Shown here one piece after another: positions 8,604 through 18,641 of a stretch of DNA of 64,000 bases; position 1 is the stretch's first letter; every line of letters begins with the position of its first letter. This DNA comes from Candidatus Omnitrophota bacterium. Lineage in GTDB: Bacteria; Omnitrophota; Gorgyraeia; Gygaellales; JBFMHM01. The position numbers and the translations under genes were made by a program. The notes under the pieces were generated by a model, which worked only from the letters and a program-made list of their open reading frames with translations, had not been told where the DNA came from and did no database searches. The stretch lies in NCBI GenBank assembly GCA_040753015.1, contig JBFMHM010000001.1, forward strand, positions 211,157 to 275,156. Direction: 5' to 3'.

Positions 8604-9815
8604 TTATTTTTGATTTTTGATATTTGATATTTGATTTTTGTATGGCATTGCCCAAATTTTAATAAACCCTTTTGCTAGGCTTTGATCGAACATATCTTCT
8701 TTGCCATAAGTCGCAAGCTCTTTTTTATAAAGCGCGTATGCAGAGCTTCTTGCGACAACAACACAACTGCCTTTAAATAATTTGAGTTTTGTTGAACCGG
8801 TAACTTTATCTTGCGTAGTTTCAATAAAACTATCTAAAGCATCTTTTAAAGGCGAATACCATAGCCCATAATATGCAAGCTCTGAATATTTTAAAGAAAT
8901 ATTTTCTTTAAAGTGTATTAGCTCTCTGTCTAATGTAAGTGATTCCAAATCACGATGCGCTGCATAAAGAATAGTTGCTGCTGGCGCTTCGTAAATTTCC
9001 CGTGACTTAATCCCTACTAATCTATTTTCAACTAAGTCTGTTCTGCCAATACCAAATGCTCCTCCAATTAAATTAAGCTCGGTGATTATTTTCTTTAAAC
9101 CTAACATCTTCCCATTCAATTTTCTTGGAATACCTTTTTCAAAATATATCTCAATGTATTTTGGCTTATCTGGTGTTTTAGAAACTGCTTTTGTAATTAT
9201 AAACGCATCCTCTGGCGGCTCATTTTTTAAATCTTCTAAAATTCCAGATTCAATACTAATACCCCAAATATTTCTATCAACGCTATAGGGCTTTTTCTTG
9301 GTAACATCAATAGGAATATTATTTTCTATGGCATAATCAATCTCTTCTTCCCGTGACTTGAATTCCCATTCCCGCACTGGAGCTAAAATTTCTAACTTTG
9401 GATCAAGAATATTGGCTGCAACCTCAATCCTTACTTGATCATTACCTTTGCCAGTACAACCATGAGCAATATAACTAGCATTTTCTTTATGCGCAATATC
9501 AACTAAATATTTTGCAATTAAAGGCCGCCCAAGCGCAGTTGCAAGTAGATATTTGCCCTCATAAATTGCATTTGCCTTTAAAGCTGGCACAATAAAATCA
9601 CTAATAAATTCATCTTGCAAATCTTTAATATAAACTTTTTTTGCGCCTGCCTTGAAAGCACGTTTTTCAATTGCCTCAATATTCTCTCCCCTGCCTAGGC
9701 CTTGGCCTAAATCTGCCATAAAACAAATAACTTCATAACCACGATTACTCAGCCATTTAACAATACAAGATGTATCTAATCCGCCTGAATATGCCAATAC
9801 AACTTTTTTTGACAT
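8604..9815 (-). CDS. argG: Argininosuccinate synthase
   Basis: 403 aa. VVLAYSGGLDTS PP-loop and conserved ArgG body. The C-terminal tail YKNQISNIKNQK is encoded by AAAWATC heptamer repeats. Confidence 0.9.
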   Translation of the reverse strand: MSKKVVLAYSGGLDTSCIVKWLSNRGYEVICFMADLGQGLGRGENIEAIEKRAFKAGAKKVYIKDLQDEFISDFIVPALKANAIYEGKYLLATALGRPLIAKYLVDIAHKENASYIAHGCTGKGNDQVRIEVAANILDPKLEILAPVREWEFKSREEEIDYAIENNIPIDVTKKKPYSVDRNIWGISIESGILEDLKNEPPEDAFIITKAVSKTPDKPKYIEIYFEKGIPRKLNGKMLGLKKIITELNLIGGAFGIGRTDLVENRLVGIKSREIYEAPAATILYAAHRDLESLTLDRELIHFKENISLKYSELAYYGLWYSPLKDALDSFIETTQDKVTGSTKLKLFKGSCVVVARSSAYALYKKELATYGKEDMFDQSLAKGFIKIWAMPYKNQISNIKNQK

Positions 9816-9828
9816 TTATTTACCCCCT

Positions 9829-10761
9829 TTAATCTCGCCGATTTTTGGCGGACAATAAACTTAGCAATATTGCCTTTTGTATATGCAGGCGGTTTTCTGC
9901 CTGATCAAAAACTACTGAATTTGAACTATCAATCACTTCATCAGTAATCTCTTCACCACGATGCGCCGGTAAACAATGCATTATTAAGCATTTCGGCTTA
10001 GCATAAGAAATTAGCTTAGAATTTACTTGAAAATCACGAAATGCAATTTTTCTTCTTTCAGTTTCTTCCTCTTGCCCCATGCTCGTCCATACATCAGTAT
10101 AAATTATATCGGCATCTTTTATAGCATCACGAGGATCATCTAATAAAACAACTTCGCATTTATTTTTTAACGCTTGGGCCTTTGCATCACGAAGAACAAG
10201 TTTATCGGGACAAAATCCTTCGGGACAAGCAATTCTTATGTTTAAACCAACCTTGCTGCATGCAAACATCAATGAATTACAAACATTATTACCATCTCCA
10301 ACATAACTTAAAGTAATGCCCTGAAATTTCTTAAACTTTTCCTTTACAGTAAAAATATCTGCTAATGCCTGACAAGGATGTGAAAAATCAGACAACCCAT
10401 TTATAACGGGAATCGTTGCAAACTTCGCTAATTCTTCAATGGTTGACTGGCTAAATGTTCTAACCACAATACCAGACAAATACCGCGAAAGGGTCAAAGC
10501 AATATCATGCGTTGTTTCACGCTTGCCGATTTGAATATGCTGTGAGTCTAAATAAATCGTTGTCCCGCCTAGCTGGAACATTCCCACCTCAAAAGATACA
10601 CGCGTCCTATTTGATGGCTTTTCAAAAATCAATCCAAGCGTTTTTCCAAAAAGCTTTGTTGAATATTTTTTTGGGTTTGATTTTATATTTTTCGCTAAAT
10701 CTAAAAACCCTTGGATATCTTTTGTGGTTAAATTTTTTATTGATGTCAAATCTTTTTGCAT
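9829..10761 (-). CDS. argF: Ornithine carbamoyltransferase
   Basis: 310 aa. STRTR carbamoyl-phosphate motif, HCLP and DxxxSMG motifs. Confidence 0.9.
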   Translation of the reverse strand: MQKDLTSIKNLTTKDIQGFLDLAKNIKSNPKKYSTKLFGKTLGLIFEKPSNRTRVSFEVGMFQLGGTTIYLDSQHIQIGKRETTHDIALTLSRYLSGIVVRTFSQSTIEELAKFATIPVINGLSDFSHPCQALADIFTVKEKFKKFQGITLSYVGDGNNVCNSLMFACSKVGLNIRIACPEGFCPDKLVLRDAKAQALKNKCEVVLLDDPRDAIKDADIIYTDVWTSMGQEEETERRKIAFRDFQVNSKLISYAKPKCLIMHCLPAHRGEEITDEVIDSSNSVVFDQAENRLHIQKAILLSLLSAKNRRD

Positions 10762-11939
10762 TCTAGCTCCTTAAAAACCTTTTCTAAAATATACGCTGCT
10801 TTATCAATTTGTTTTTTTGTAACATTCAAAGGCGGCATAAGCCGAATCACTTTATCTTGGGTACAATTAATCAAAAGCCCTAAACTCAAGGCTTTTTCAA
10901 CAAGAATCTTTCCGTCAATATTTAACTCCACCCCATACATCAAACCTAATCCCCTAACATCTATAATACAAGAATACTTTTCTTTTAGATTGATTAATTT
11001 TTCTTTTAAATAATCACCCATTTTTTGAGCATTTGTAATAAGTTTCTCTTTTTGGATTGCTCGAAATACAGCTAATGCTGCCTTACAAACTACCGGCCCT
11101 CCGCCAAAAGTTGAGCCATGCATTCCCGGCTGTAAACTATCAGCAATTTCTCTTTTAGCAACTAAAACTCCAAGCGGCAGTCCTCCTGCAATAGCTTTTG
11201 CAAGCACCATTAAATCTGGAATTACTCCATAATGCTCATAACAAAATAGTTTTGCTGTTCGGCCCATGCCAGTCTGAATCTCATCAAAAATTAATAGTAT
11301 ATTTTTTTCATCACAAATTTTTCGTAATTCTAAAACAAAATTCTTATCGGCAATATTCACTCCGCCTTCACCCTGCACTAATTCAAGCAATATTGCTACT
11401 GTTTTAGCCGTAATTGTCTGTTTCAACTGTTCTATATCGTTAAAAGTAACTGTTTTAAAACCCGGTACAAGCGGCTCAAAAGGTTTCTTATGTTTTTCTT
11501 GGCCAGTTGCTGAAAGCGCTCCGCAAGTTCTTCCATGGAAAGAATTTAAAAAAGTAATAATTTCGTAGCGCTCGCCCTTACCATAGGCGCGAGAAAATTT
11601 TATTGCACTTTCTATTGCCTCAGCTCCGCTATTACAAAAAAATACCTTTGAATCATACGCCCAAAAATTTATTTCTTTTGCCAGCTTTGCCTGTTGCACT
11701 GTTAAATAATTATTGGGCACAAAAATTAATTTGCTCACCTGATCTCTAATTGCACACATCACCTTAGAATGGCAGTGGCCCAAGTTATTTACACCCCACC
11801 CAGGGAAAAAATCTAAATATTCCTTGCCATCAATATCCCAAAGTTTTGTGCCTTTGCCTTTTACAAAAATAACATTTTGCCGCCTATAGGTAGGCATTAT
11901 ACATTCGCTATATGTTTTAAATATTTCTTCTTTTGTCAT
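10746..11939 (-). CDS. argD: Acetylornithine aminotransferase
   Basis: 397 aa. Class III aminotransferase motifs (GAEAIE, DEIQTGMGRTA). In arg operon context. Confidence 0.85.
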   Translation of the reverse strand: MTKEEIFKTYSECIMPTYRRQNVIFVKGKGTKLWDIDGKEYLDFFPGWGVNNLGHCHSKVMCAIRDQVSKLIFVPNNYLTVQQAKLAKEINFWAYDSKVFFCNSGAEAIESAIKFSRAYGKGERYEIITFLNSFHGRTCGALSATGQEKHKKPFEPLVPGFKTVTFNDIEQLKQTITAKTVAILLELVQGEGGVNIADKNFVLELRKICDEKNILLIFDEIQTGMGRTAKLFCYEHYGVIPDLMVLAKAIAGGLPLGVLVAKREIADSLQPGMHGSTFGGGPVVCKAALAVFRAIQKEKLITNAQKMGDYLKEKLINLKEKYSCIIDVRGLGLMYGVELNIDGKILVEKALSLGLLINCTQDKVIRLMPPLNVTKKQIDKAAYILEKVFKELECKKI

Positions 11940-12790
11940 TTTATAATTTCTGTTCCAATACCTGTATTCGTAAAAATTTCCAATAACAATGCATGTGGAA
12001 TACGCGCATCAATTACATGCGTCTTTTTTACACCCAGCTCAATTGCCCTAACACAAGAATTAACCTTTGGAATCATCCCCTCAGAGACAACCTTATCTTT
12101 AACTAATTTTTTTGCTTCGCTAATATTTAATGTAGAAATAAGAGATGCGTTATCTTGCACATCACGCATAATTCCTAAAACATTTGTTAATAAAACAAAT
12201 TTTTCTGCCTTTAACATTCCGGCAAGCTGGCTTGCGGCATCATCAGCATTAATATTATAAATTGTGCCTTTCTTATCCTTACCCATTGGTGAAATTACTA
12301 AAATATTTTCTTTCTCTAAAATCTTATGCAATTTTTCCACATTAATTTCACTAATTTCGCCAACAAGCCCAAGGTCCTTTTTAGCCTTCCTTTTTTCAGC
12401 AAATATTATATCATCCTTTTCACCGAGCAAGCCCTTAACCTTAACTCCGTGTGAGTAAATTTCAGAAACAAGCTTTTTATTTAACTTTGCTAATTCCTCG
12501 CTTACAATTTTTAAAGTTGTTTCATCAGTATAACGCATTCCCTCAATAAACTCTGTCTTAATAGAAGCGGCTTTCATTCGTTGGCTAATCTGAGGCCCAC
12601 CGCCATGGACAAGAATAGTTTTTATGCCGATAAAATTTAAAAATACGATATCTTCAATTACCCCTTGGCGAATTTTATCTTCATCTAAAATACTACCGCC
12701 ATATTTTATTACAATTGTCTTGCCATGAAATGCTTTTATATAAGGAAGCGCTTCGATTAAAACATCTGCTTTTTTAATTGCCTCTTGCAT
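11936..12790 (-). CDS. argB: Acetylglutamate kinase
   Basis: 284 aa. IVIKYGGS and VHGGGP motifs of the amino-acid kinase family. Confidence 0.9.
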   Translation of the reverse strand: MQEAIKKADVLIEALPYIKAFHGKTIVIKYGGSILDEDKIRQGVIEDIVFLNFIGIKTILVHGGGPQISQRMKAASIKTEFIEGMRYTDETTLKIVSEELAKLNKKLVSEIYSHGVKVKGLLGEKDDIIFAEKRKAKKDLGLVGEISEINVEKLHKILEKENILVISPMGKDKKGTIYNINADDAASQLAGMLKAEKFVLLTNVLGIMRDVQDNASLISTLNISEAKKLVKDKVVSEGMIPKVNSCVRAIELGVKKTHVIDARIPHALLLEIFTNTGIGTEIIK

Positions 12791-12801
12791 AAAATCCTTT
12801 C

Positions 12802-13941
12802 TTAATTATACGCGGCATTAATTGCAATATATTTTGGCGTTAAATCCGTAGAATAAATAATTGCTTTAGCCTTGCCCTGTTTAAAATTGACTTTTACTAA
12901 AACTTCGTCTTTTCCCTTAAAAGACATATTTATTTTAAAATCGCCTTCTTTTACCTTCAAATCAGCTGCCCCAATCGCCGCAGCAATTCTTCCCCAATTC
13001 GGATTATTCCCGAAACACGCGCATTTAAAAAGCATGGAATTTGCTATTGCAAGGCCTGCTTTTTTCGCTTGCTCAAAAGAGTGTAGCCCATTTATTTCTA
13101 TTGTAATAAATTTGGTCCTTCCTTCCCCATCCTTAATAATATCCTTTGAAAGCTCTAGGCATATTTCATTTAACGCGGTGCTGAATTTTTTAATATCATT
13201 TTTGCTTTGTATTTTGTAACCACTTACTCCATTTGCTAAAATACTTACGAAATCATTTGTGCTCATACAACCATCAACAGATATACAGTTAAAAGATCGA
13301 TCTATTGCCTGATTTAAGATTTTTTCTAATATTTTTTTATCAATCGCAGCATCGGTTGTAATAAATGCAAGCATTGTTGCCATATTTGGAGCAATCATAC
13401 CAGAACCCTTTGCCATTGCACCAATTGCAACTGATTTTTTTCCAAAATTAATCTTATAAGCTCTTTGTTTTATAAAAGTATCAGTTGTTAAAATTGCCTT
13501 GGCGGCATTTTTTCCGGCCTCATCTAAGCTCGATAAATTTTCAATTAAATCCGGAATGCCGTTTCTAACTTTATCTATCGCAAGCCGCTTGCCAATTATG
13601 CCAGTTGATGCAACTAAAACATCATTTTCTTTAATTCCAAGGTTAGATGCCACCATCTTGCACATTACTAATGCATCACTCACCCCAGCCTTACCTGTAA
13701 AACAATTCGCATTTCCACTATTTATAATTATTGCTTGTATAGTTTTATTTTTTAAATGATTAAAACTTACTGTCAAAGGCGCAGCCCAAACAGAATTTTT
13801 TGTAAATACCGCTGCAGCGGTTGCCGGATTTTTAGAATAAATTAAAGCTAAGTCTTTCTTAGCAGTATTTTTTAAGCCACAAGCTATACCGCTGGCTAAA
13901 AATCCTTTTGGAAAAGTTACACCAACATTATTAATTACCAA
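12802..13941 (-). CDS. argJ: Bifunctional ornithine acetyltransferase / N-acetylglutamate synthase
   Basis: 379 aa. ATMLAFITTDA autocatalytic cleavage-site region typical of ArgJ. Confidence 0.9.
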   Translation of the reverse strand: MVINNVGVTFPKGFLASGIACGLKNTAKKDLALIYSKNPATAAAVFTKNSVWAAPLTVSFNHLKNKTIQAIIINSGNANCFTGKAGVSDALVMCKMVASNLGIKENDVLVASTGIIGKRLAIDKVRNGIPDLIENLSSLDEAGKNAAKAILTTDTFIKQRAYKINFGKKSVAIGAMAKGSGMIAPNMATMLAFITTDAAIDKKILEKILNQAIDRSFNCISVDGCMSTNDFVSILANGVSGYKIQSKNDIKKFSTALNEICLELSKDIIKDGEGRTKFITIEINGLHSFEQAKKAGLAIANSMLFKCACFGNNPNWGRIAAAIGAADLKVKEGDFKINMSFKGKDEVLVKVNFKQGKAKAIIYSTDLTPKYIAINAAYN

Positions 13942-14963
13942 ACTAAACCCGCCCTTTCATCAAGACCACACATAATATTTAAATTCTGCACAGCCTGGCC
14001 CGATGCGCCTTTTAATAAATTATCAATCACGCATATAATAATTGCTATTTTTTTATCCAAATCAACACATATTCCTATATCGCAAAAATTTGTATTAATA
14101 ACATCTTTTAATTCGGGAAACTCACCCTCTTCTCTTATACGTATAAAAAAACTATCGGCGTAAAAATCTCTATACGTTTTGATTAGATCCTGAGCTAATA
14201 AACATTTTCCTAATTTTACATAAATAGTCGTAAGTATTCCTCTATTTATAGGAATAAGGTGCGGGACAAAATTTACGGATACTTTTTTTGCTGCTATCTC
14301 TGAAAGCTGGTCATTAATTTCAGGCATATGTTGATGGCAATTTATTTTATATGCCTTAAAATTCTCATTAACCTCGCAAAACATAAAATCTGCCAGCTTC
14401 TTCTTACCAGCTCCACTAACCCCGCTCTTTGCATCTATTATTATAGAATCAATATCAATAAAATTATTTTTCAATAATGGCGCACATGCTAAAATTGATG
14501 GAGTTGGATAACATCCAGGATTAGCAATAAGCCTTGCATCTTCTATTGCTTTCTTATTTATCTCGGAAAGACCATAGACTGCATTTTTTATATTATCTTT
14601 ATCGCTATGGGCTATCTTATAACAATTTTCATAAATAGCTGAATTTTTGAAACGATAGTCTGCACTTAAATCAACCACTTTAATATTTTGTGAAATTAAA
14701 CGCGGCGCAATCTGCATTGATACAGTATGCGGTAAAGCTAAGAATACGATTTCACAAAGTCTCTTAATTTCAACAATATCAATTGTATTTGAACATTCTA
14801 AATCGAGCACACCATTAAACTTAGGAAATATCTCTCCAATTTTTTTTGGTTTATCTAGTCGTGAAAAAAGATATGTAATTTTTACATCAGGATGCCCTAT
14901 TAAAATCTTCATTAATTCCTGACCCGTATAACCGGTTATGCCAATTATCCCTACTTTAATCAT
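13935..14963 (-). CDS. argC: N-acetyl-gamma-glutamyl-phosphate reductase
   Basis: 342 aa. GITGYTGQEL N-terminus and catalytic Cys region (PGCYPT). Confidence 0.9.
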   Translation of the reverse strand: MIKVGIIGITGYTGQELMKILIGHPDVKITYLFSRLDKPKKIGEIFPKFNGVLDLECSNTIDIVEIKRLCEIVFLALPHTVSMQIAPRLISQNIKVVDLSADYRFKNSAIYENCYKIAHSDKDNIKNAVYGLSEINKKAIEDARLIANPGCYPTPSILACAPLLKNNFIDIDSIIIDAKSGVSGAGKKKLADFMFCEVNENFKAYKINCHQHMPEINDQLSEIAAKKVSVNFVPHLIPINRGILTTIYVKLGKCLLAQDLIKTYRDFYADSFFIRIREEGEFPELKDVINTNFCDIGICVDLDKKIAIIICVIDNLLKGASGQAVQNLNIMCGLDERAGLVW

Positions 14964-15000
14964 AATCTTTTTCTCCTAATATAATATTAATGTATCATAA

Positions 15001-15040
15001 AATAAAAAACCTGTCTCGTCAATGATTTTCGAGACAGGTT
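15001..15040 (-). terminator. Rho-independent terminator after rpsI (bidirectional hairpin)
   Basis: Stem aacctgtctcg / cgagacaggtt flanked by A-run and T-run. On the minus strand the hairpin is followed by UUUUUUAUUU. Confidence 0.7.
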
Positions 15041-15079
15041 TTTATATCTTTAATTTTAAATTTTTCTAGTTTTTTTCTC

Positions 15080-15466
15080 CTATCTCTTAGTCCACTGGAA
15101 ACGTTTCCTTGCGCCTTTTTGCCCGTATTTCTTGCGTTCTTTCATGCGTGGATCACGAGTTAGAAAACCGTGTTCTTTAAGTATATCTCTTAATGCCTGA
15201 TCGGACAAAATTAATGCACGGGCAATTCCTAATGATAATGCTCCAGCCTGACCAGATAAACCACCACCTGTAACATTAGCGTGAACATCATATTTATTTA
15301 TTGTATTAGTAACCGCGAGCGGCTCTTGTGCTAATATTTTTTGCGTTGGACGATTAAAATAGTTATCAGGATTTTTCCCATTTACAAAAATCTTTCCAGA
15401 ACCATTGACTAATCTTACTCTTGCAATAGATTCTTTTCTTCTACCTGTAGCTAAAAATTCTGACAT
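15080..15466 (-). CDS. rpsI: 30S ribosomal protein S9
   Basis: 128 aa. GGGLSGQAGALSLGIARAL and a basic C-terminus ending KR. Confidence 0.95.
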   Translation of the reverse strand: MSEFLATGRRKESIARVRLVNGSGKIFVNGKNPDNYFNRPTQKILAQEPLAVTNTINKYDVHANVTGGGLSGQAGALSLGIARALILSDQALRDILKEHGFLTRDPRMKERKKYGQKGARKRFQWTKR

Positions 15467-15468
15467 TA

Positions 15469-15894
15469 TTATTTGATCTCCTCTAACTTTTGTGCACTCT
15501 GCATATGTTTATCTAATGCATAGACTCTTAATTTTTTGAGCATGGCGTAAGCCAATGGGCCACTTGGTAACATTCTTTGTACAGCAAGCCTTACTACCTT
15601 CGTAGGCTGTTTTGCAAGCATCGTTTTTAAAGGTATCTCTTTCTTACCACCTGGATAACCCGAATAGAAAGCATATATTTTGTTTTCAAGCTTCCTTCCG
15701 CTAACCCTAATTTTTGAAGCATTAATAATAACAACGCCATCGCCTGTATTAACATTCGGCGTATAAATAGCTTTGTGTTTGCCGCGTAATATTTTTGCAG
15801 TATTTACCGCAAGGCGGCCTAAAACTTTATTTTTGGCGTCAATTAAATACCATTTTTGCTCTAAATCTTGCTTTCTTGCTATATAAGTCTTCAC
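15469..15894 (-). CDS. rplM: 50S ribosomal protein L13
   Basis: 141 aa with a GTG start. KTYIARKQDLEQKWYLIDAKNKVLGRLA is an L13 signature. Confidence 0.95.
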   Translation of the reverse strand: MKTYIARKQDLEQKWYLIDAKNKVLGRLAVNTAKILRGKHKAIYTPNVNTGDGVVIINASKIRVSGRKLENKIYAFYSGYPGGKKEIPLKTMLAKQPTKVVRLAVQRMLPSGPLAYAMLKKLRVYALDKHMQSAQKLEEIK

Positions 15895-15936
15895 CTTAGT
15901 TCTCCCTCAAAATAGATTTTAACTAATAGACAATAA

Positions 15937-15965
15937 ATTATACACTAAAATATAAGAAAAGTCAA
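15937..15965 (-). promoter_or_regulatory. Sigma-70 type promoter for rplM-rpsI: TTGACT-17-TATAAT
   Basis: Minus strand reads TTGACTtttcttatattttagtgTATAAT. It is followed by GAGGGAG and the GTG start of rplM about 35 nt downstream. Confidence 0.6.
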
Positions 15966-16783
15966 ATACAATTTGCGCGGCGTAAAAGATAATTAATATC
16001 TGGCCAGATATTATTACTTCTAAGGAGCGCAAAAACTATCTCTTTATTTTTTAAAGTATCTTTACCAACAAAGCAATGCCCGGCTTTACGTGTAAAACCT
16101 GTTTTACCAATGGCGATGTTTGGATGTCTCCATAAAAGCTTATCATGATTCCGCAGTTTAATCAATATTCCATCATTACCTCTAAAAGAATAATATTGTC
16201 TCCTCATAATTTCCATTGCTATTTTATACTTTGTTAATCTTTTAATCATAATCGTTAAATCATGCACAGTAGTATATTGTTTCCCCCCAGACGAAGGCAA
16301 CCCGTTACAATTAATAAAATGGCTGTTACGGCACCCTAATTGCCTAGCCCGCGCATTCATCAATTTAACAAAATTATCTTCTGATCCGGCTATTGCTTCT
16401 GCAAGACATACCGCAGCATCATTTGAAGACGCCATTAATACAGCATACAACAAATCTCTAACCTTATAGCTTACATTAGGGCGTAAATTAGCTTTACTCG
16501 GTTGTTTATTACAAGCATTTCTACTTGCAACAATGCTCTTCTCTAAATTTAATTTTTCTAAAACCAAAATTGCTGTCATAACTTTTGCCGTACTAGCTGG
16601 CTCTAAACGTTTATGAATATTTCTAGCAAATAATACTTTATTTTTCTTTATATCAACAAGAATTGCAGCATTAGCGCTTAACGAATTTGGGATAGCTGTA
16701 TTTTTGGCAAAAACTTGGTTATTAAAAATAAGCGTGCTTATGCTAATATAAATAATTAAAAAAAATGTTTTACGGAAAGGCAT
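15962..16783 (-). CDS. D-alanyl-D-alanine carboxypeptidase (serine-type, PBP5/6 family)
   Basis: 273 aa. Signal peptide, SxxK motif PASTAKVMT and SSND (SxN) motif. Confidence 0.75.
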   Translation of the reverse strand: MPFRKTFFLIIYISISTLIFNNQVFAKNTAIPNSLSANAAILVDIKKNKVLFARNIHKRLEPASTAKVMTAILVLEKLNLEKSIVASRNACNKQPSKANLRPNVSYKVRDLLYAVLMASSNDAAVCLAEAIAGSEDNFVKLMNARARQLGCRNSHFINCNGLPSSGGKQYTTVHDLTIMIKRLTKYKIAMEIMRRQYYSFRGNDGILIKLRNHDKLLWRHPNIAIGKTGFTRKAGHCFVGKDTLKNKEIVFALLRSNNIWPDINYLLRRANCI

Positions 16784-16791
16784 GTGCTAAC

Positions 16792-17550
16792 CTAATACTC
16801 AACATTGATTAAATGCAGGCCTTTAGCTGGGAAAGTTTTACCGATTAAACATCGCCTGCCATTTTTTAATGCACTAGTTAAGCTATCAATACTCATTTTT
16901 TCTCTCGCAATTTCTGCTAGCGTACCAACAATTGAACGAACCATATTGTACAAAAACCCATCTGCTTCGATTTCAACACTAATAAGGCTATTGTTATCTT
17001 CGAATAAATCATGATTTATTATTTTTATTGAAATATTCTTAATCTCTCTTATGGTATCATGGCAGGATGCGCCGCTTGCACAAAAAGCCCTAAAATCATG
17101 CTTGCCTAAAAACATCTTTGCGGCCTTTTTCATTAAAGCGATATTTAATTTATAATGATAAAAATAACTAAACCTATCTAAAAAGGGATTCAAAGTTGAA
17201 GAATTAAATATTAGATAGCGGTAAGTTTTAGCTTTTGAGTCAAACCGTGAATGAAAACCTAATCTAACTTCTTCGATCTCCCTTATTTTTATATCATGCG
17301 GCAATAATCCATTTAATGCTTTTTTTATCCGGGCTGAAGAAATTTTAGAATTTGTTTTAAAATTCGCAACTTGCCCTTTTGCATGAACTCCACTATCCGT
17401 ACGTCCGGAACCAATAAGATTTATCTTCTCCTGCAGTATATTAGAAAGAACGCGTTCAATTGTTTCTTGTATTGAATTTTTGTTTTTTTGTGACTGCCAG
17501 CCGCAATATTTAGTTCCGTCGTATTGTATGGTTAATTTTATATTGCGCAT
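16792..17550 (-). CDS. truA: tRNA pseudouridine(38-40) synthase
   Basis: GSGRTDSGVHA catalytic Asp motif. The track start (17574, MQCV...) is a TTG inside the 28-bp palindrome; the ATG at 17548-17550 (MRNIKLTIQYDG) is more plausible. Confidence 0.85.
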   Translation of the reverse strand: MRNIKLTIQYDGTKYCGWQSQKNKNSIQETIERVLSNILQEKINLIGSGRTDSGVHAKGQVANFKTNSKISSARIKKALNGLLPHDIKIREIEEVRLGFHSRFDSKAKTYRYLIFNSSTLNPFLDRFSYFYHYKLNIALMKKAAKMFLGKHDFRAFCASGASCHDTIREIKNISIKIINHDLFEDNNSLISVEIEADGFLYNMVRSIVGTLAEIAREKMSIDSLTSALKNGRRCLIGKTFPAKGLHLINVEY

Positions 17551-17557
17551 GATAATT

Positions 17558-17585
17558 GTAGAGACGCATTGCAATGCGTCTCTAC
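17558..17585. repeat. 28-bp perfect palindrome GTAGAGACGCATTGCAATGCGTCTCTAC (copy 1, asd-truA junction)
   Basis: Perfect inverted repeat. Overlaps the asd stop codon. Identical to the copy at 32090-32117 and near-identical to 48496-48523. Confidence 0.9.
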
Positions 17586-18625
17586 TGTTTAATCAATAAT
17601 TCCGCAATCTGTACGGCATTTAATGCAGCGCCTTTAAGTAAATTATCACTTACAATCCAAAGCCAAAGGCCTTTATGCTCAAATGGATCCTTCCGAATCC
17701 TGCCGACAAATGTATCATCAAGTCCTGCGCAATCTACTGGCATGGGGTATTTTTGAGCTATAGGATCATCAACTAATTTTATGCCGGGAGCGTTTTCTAA
17801 CGCCTTATGAATTTCTTTTATAGTCAATTCTCGCTCTGTCTCAATATATACTGATTCGGAATGCCCTCTAGAAACAGGAACTCTCACACAAGTAGCAGAA
17901 ATTTTAATGTTCTCGTCGTGCATAATCTTATGCGACTCTCTGACAACTTTCCATTCTTCAGTGGTAAAAGAAAATTCTTTAAAACTACCGATTTGAGGAA
18001 AAACATTAAATGCTATTTGTTTTGGCAATGCGCTTGGCACTGTTTTAATATGCAGATGTTCATTAGCTATAGGATTATTATGAAGTTCTAATATCTCTTT
18101 GTTTTGATTCCAAAGCTCAATTACGGCTTCTTTGCCCGCCCCAGATGCTGCCTGCAGAGTCGTAATAATTACCCGCTTAATCTTTGATAATTTATATATT
18201 GGCCAAAGCGCCGCAACAAGCTGTATTGTCGAACAATTTGGGTTAGAAATTATACCTTTATGATGAAAAACATCGCTAGAATTCACTTCAGGAACAACTA
18301 AAGGTACGGTTTCCTCCATTCTAAAATCTGCGCCATTATCAATGACTACCGCGCCTGCTTTAATAGCTATTGGAGCGTAAATCACAGCTGCGCCTTTTTC
18401 ACCTTCAGTGCCGGCAAAAAGAGCTATATCTACACCTTCAAAACTCTTGTCAGAAATAGCTTCAACCTGATAATCTCTATTATCTACTCTAATAACACGG
18501 CTACTTCTTGCTAGCACTTTCAGCTTATCTACTGGAAATTTTCTGTGGCTAAGGCATCTAAGCATTTCCTCGCCAACAACACCCACTCCAATTACTGCAA
18601 CATTGTAACTTTTTTTCTTTTGCAT
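17582..18625 (-). CDS. asd: Aspartate-semialdehyde dehydrogenase
   Basis: 347 aa. VAVIGVGVVGEEM N-terminus and NPNCSTIQ active-site Cys motif. Confidence 0.9.
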   Translation of the reverse strand: MQKKKSYNVAVIGVGVVGEEMLRCLSHRKFPVDKLKVLARSSRVIRVDNRDYQVEAISDKSFEGVDIALFAGTEGEKGAAVIYAPIAIKAGAVVIDNGADFRMEETVPLVVPEVNSSDVFHHKGIISNPNCSTIQLVAALWPIYKLSKIKRVIITTLQAASGAGKEAVIELWNQNKEILELHNNPIANEHLHIKTVPSALPKQIAFNVFPQIGSFKEFSFTTEEWKVVRESHKIMHDENIKISATCVRVPVSRGHSESVYIETERELTIKEIHKALENAPGIKLVDDPIAQKYPMPVDCAGLDDTFVGRIRKDPFEHKGLWLWIVSDNLLKGAALNAVQIAELLIKQ

Positions 18626-18641
18626 CTTAATTTCCTCTTCA

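Noticed and set aside
17551-17574. N-terminal MQCV... extensions of truA (17574) and ksgA (48512) given in the ORF track
   Set aside because: Both begin at a TTG inside the palindrome copy and continue as an identical MQCV(S/F)T peptide. Downstream ATG codons give canonical TruA (MRNIKLTIQYDG) and KsgA (MIFAKKRLGQNFL) N-termini with sensible overlaps. The extensions are artefacts of the repeat.
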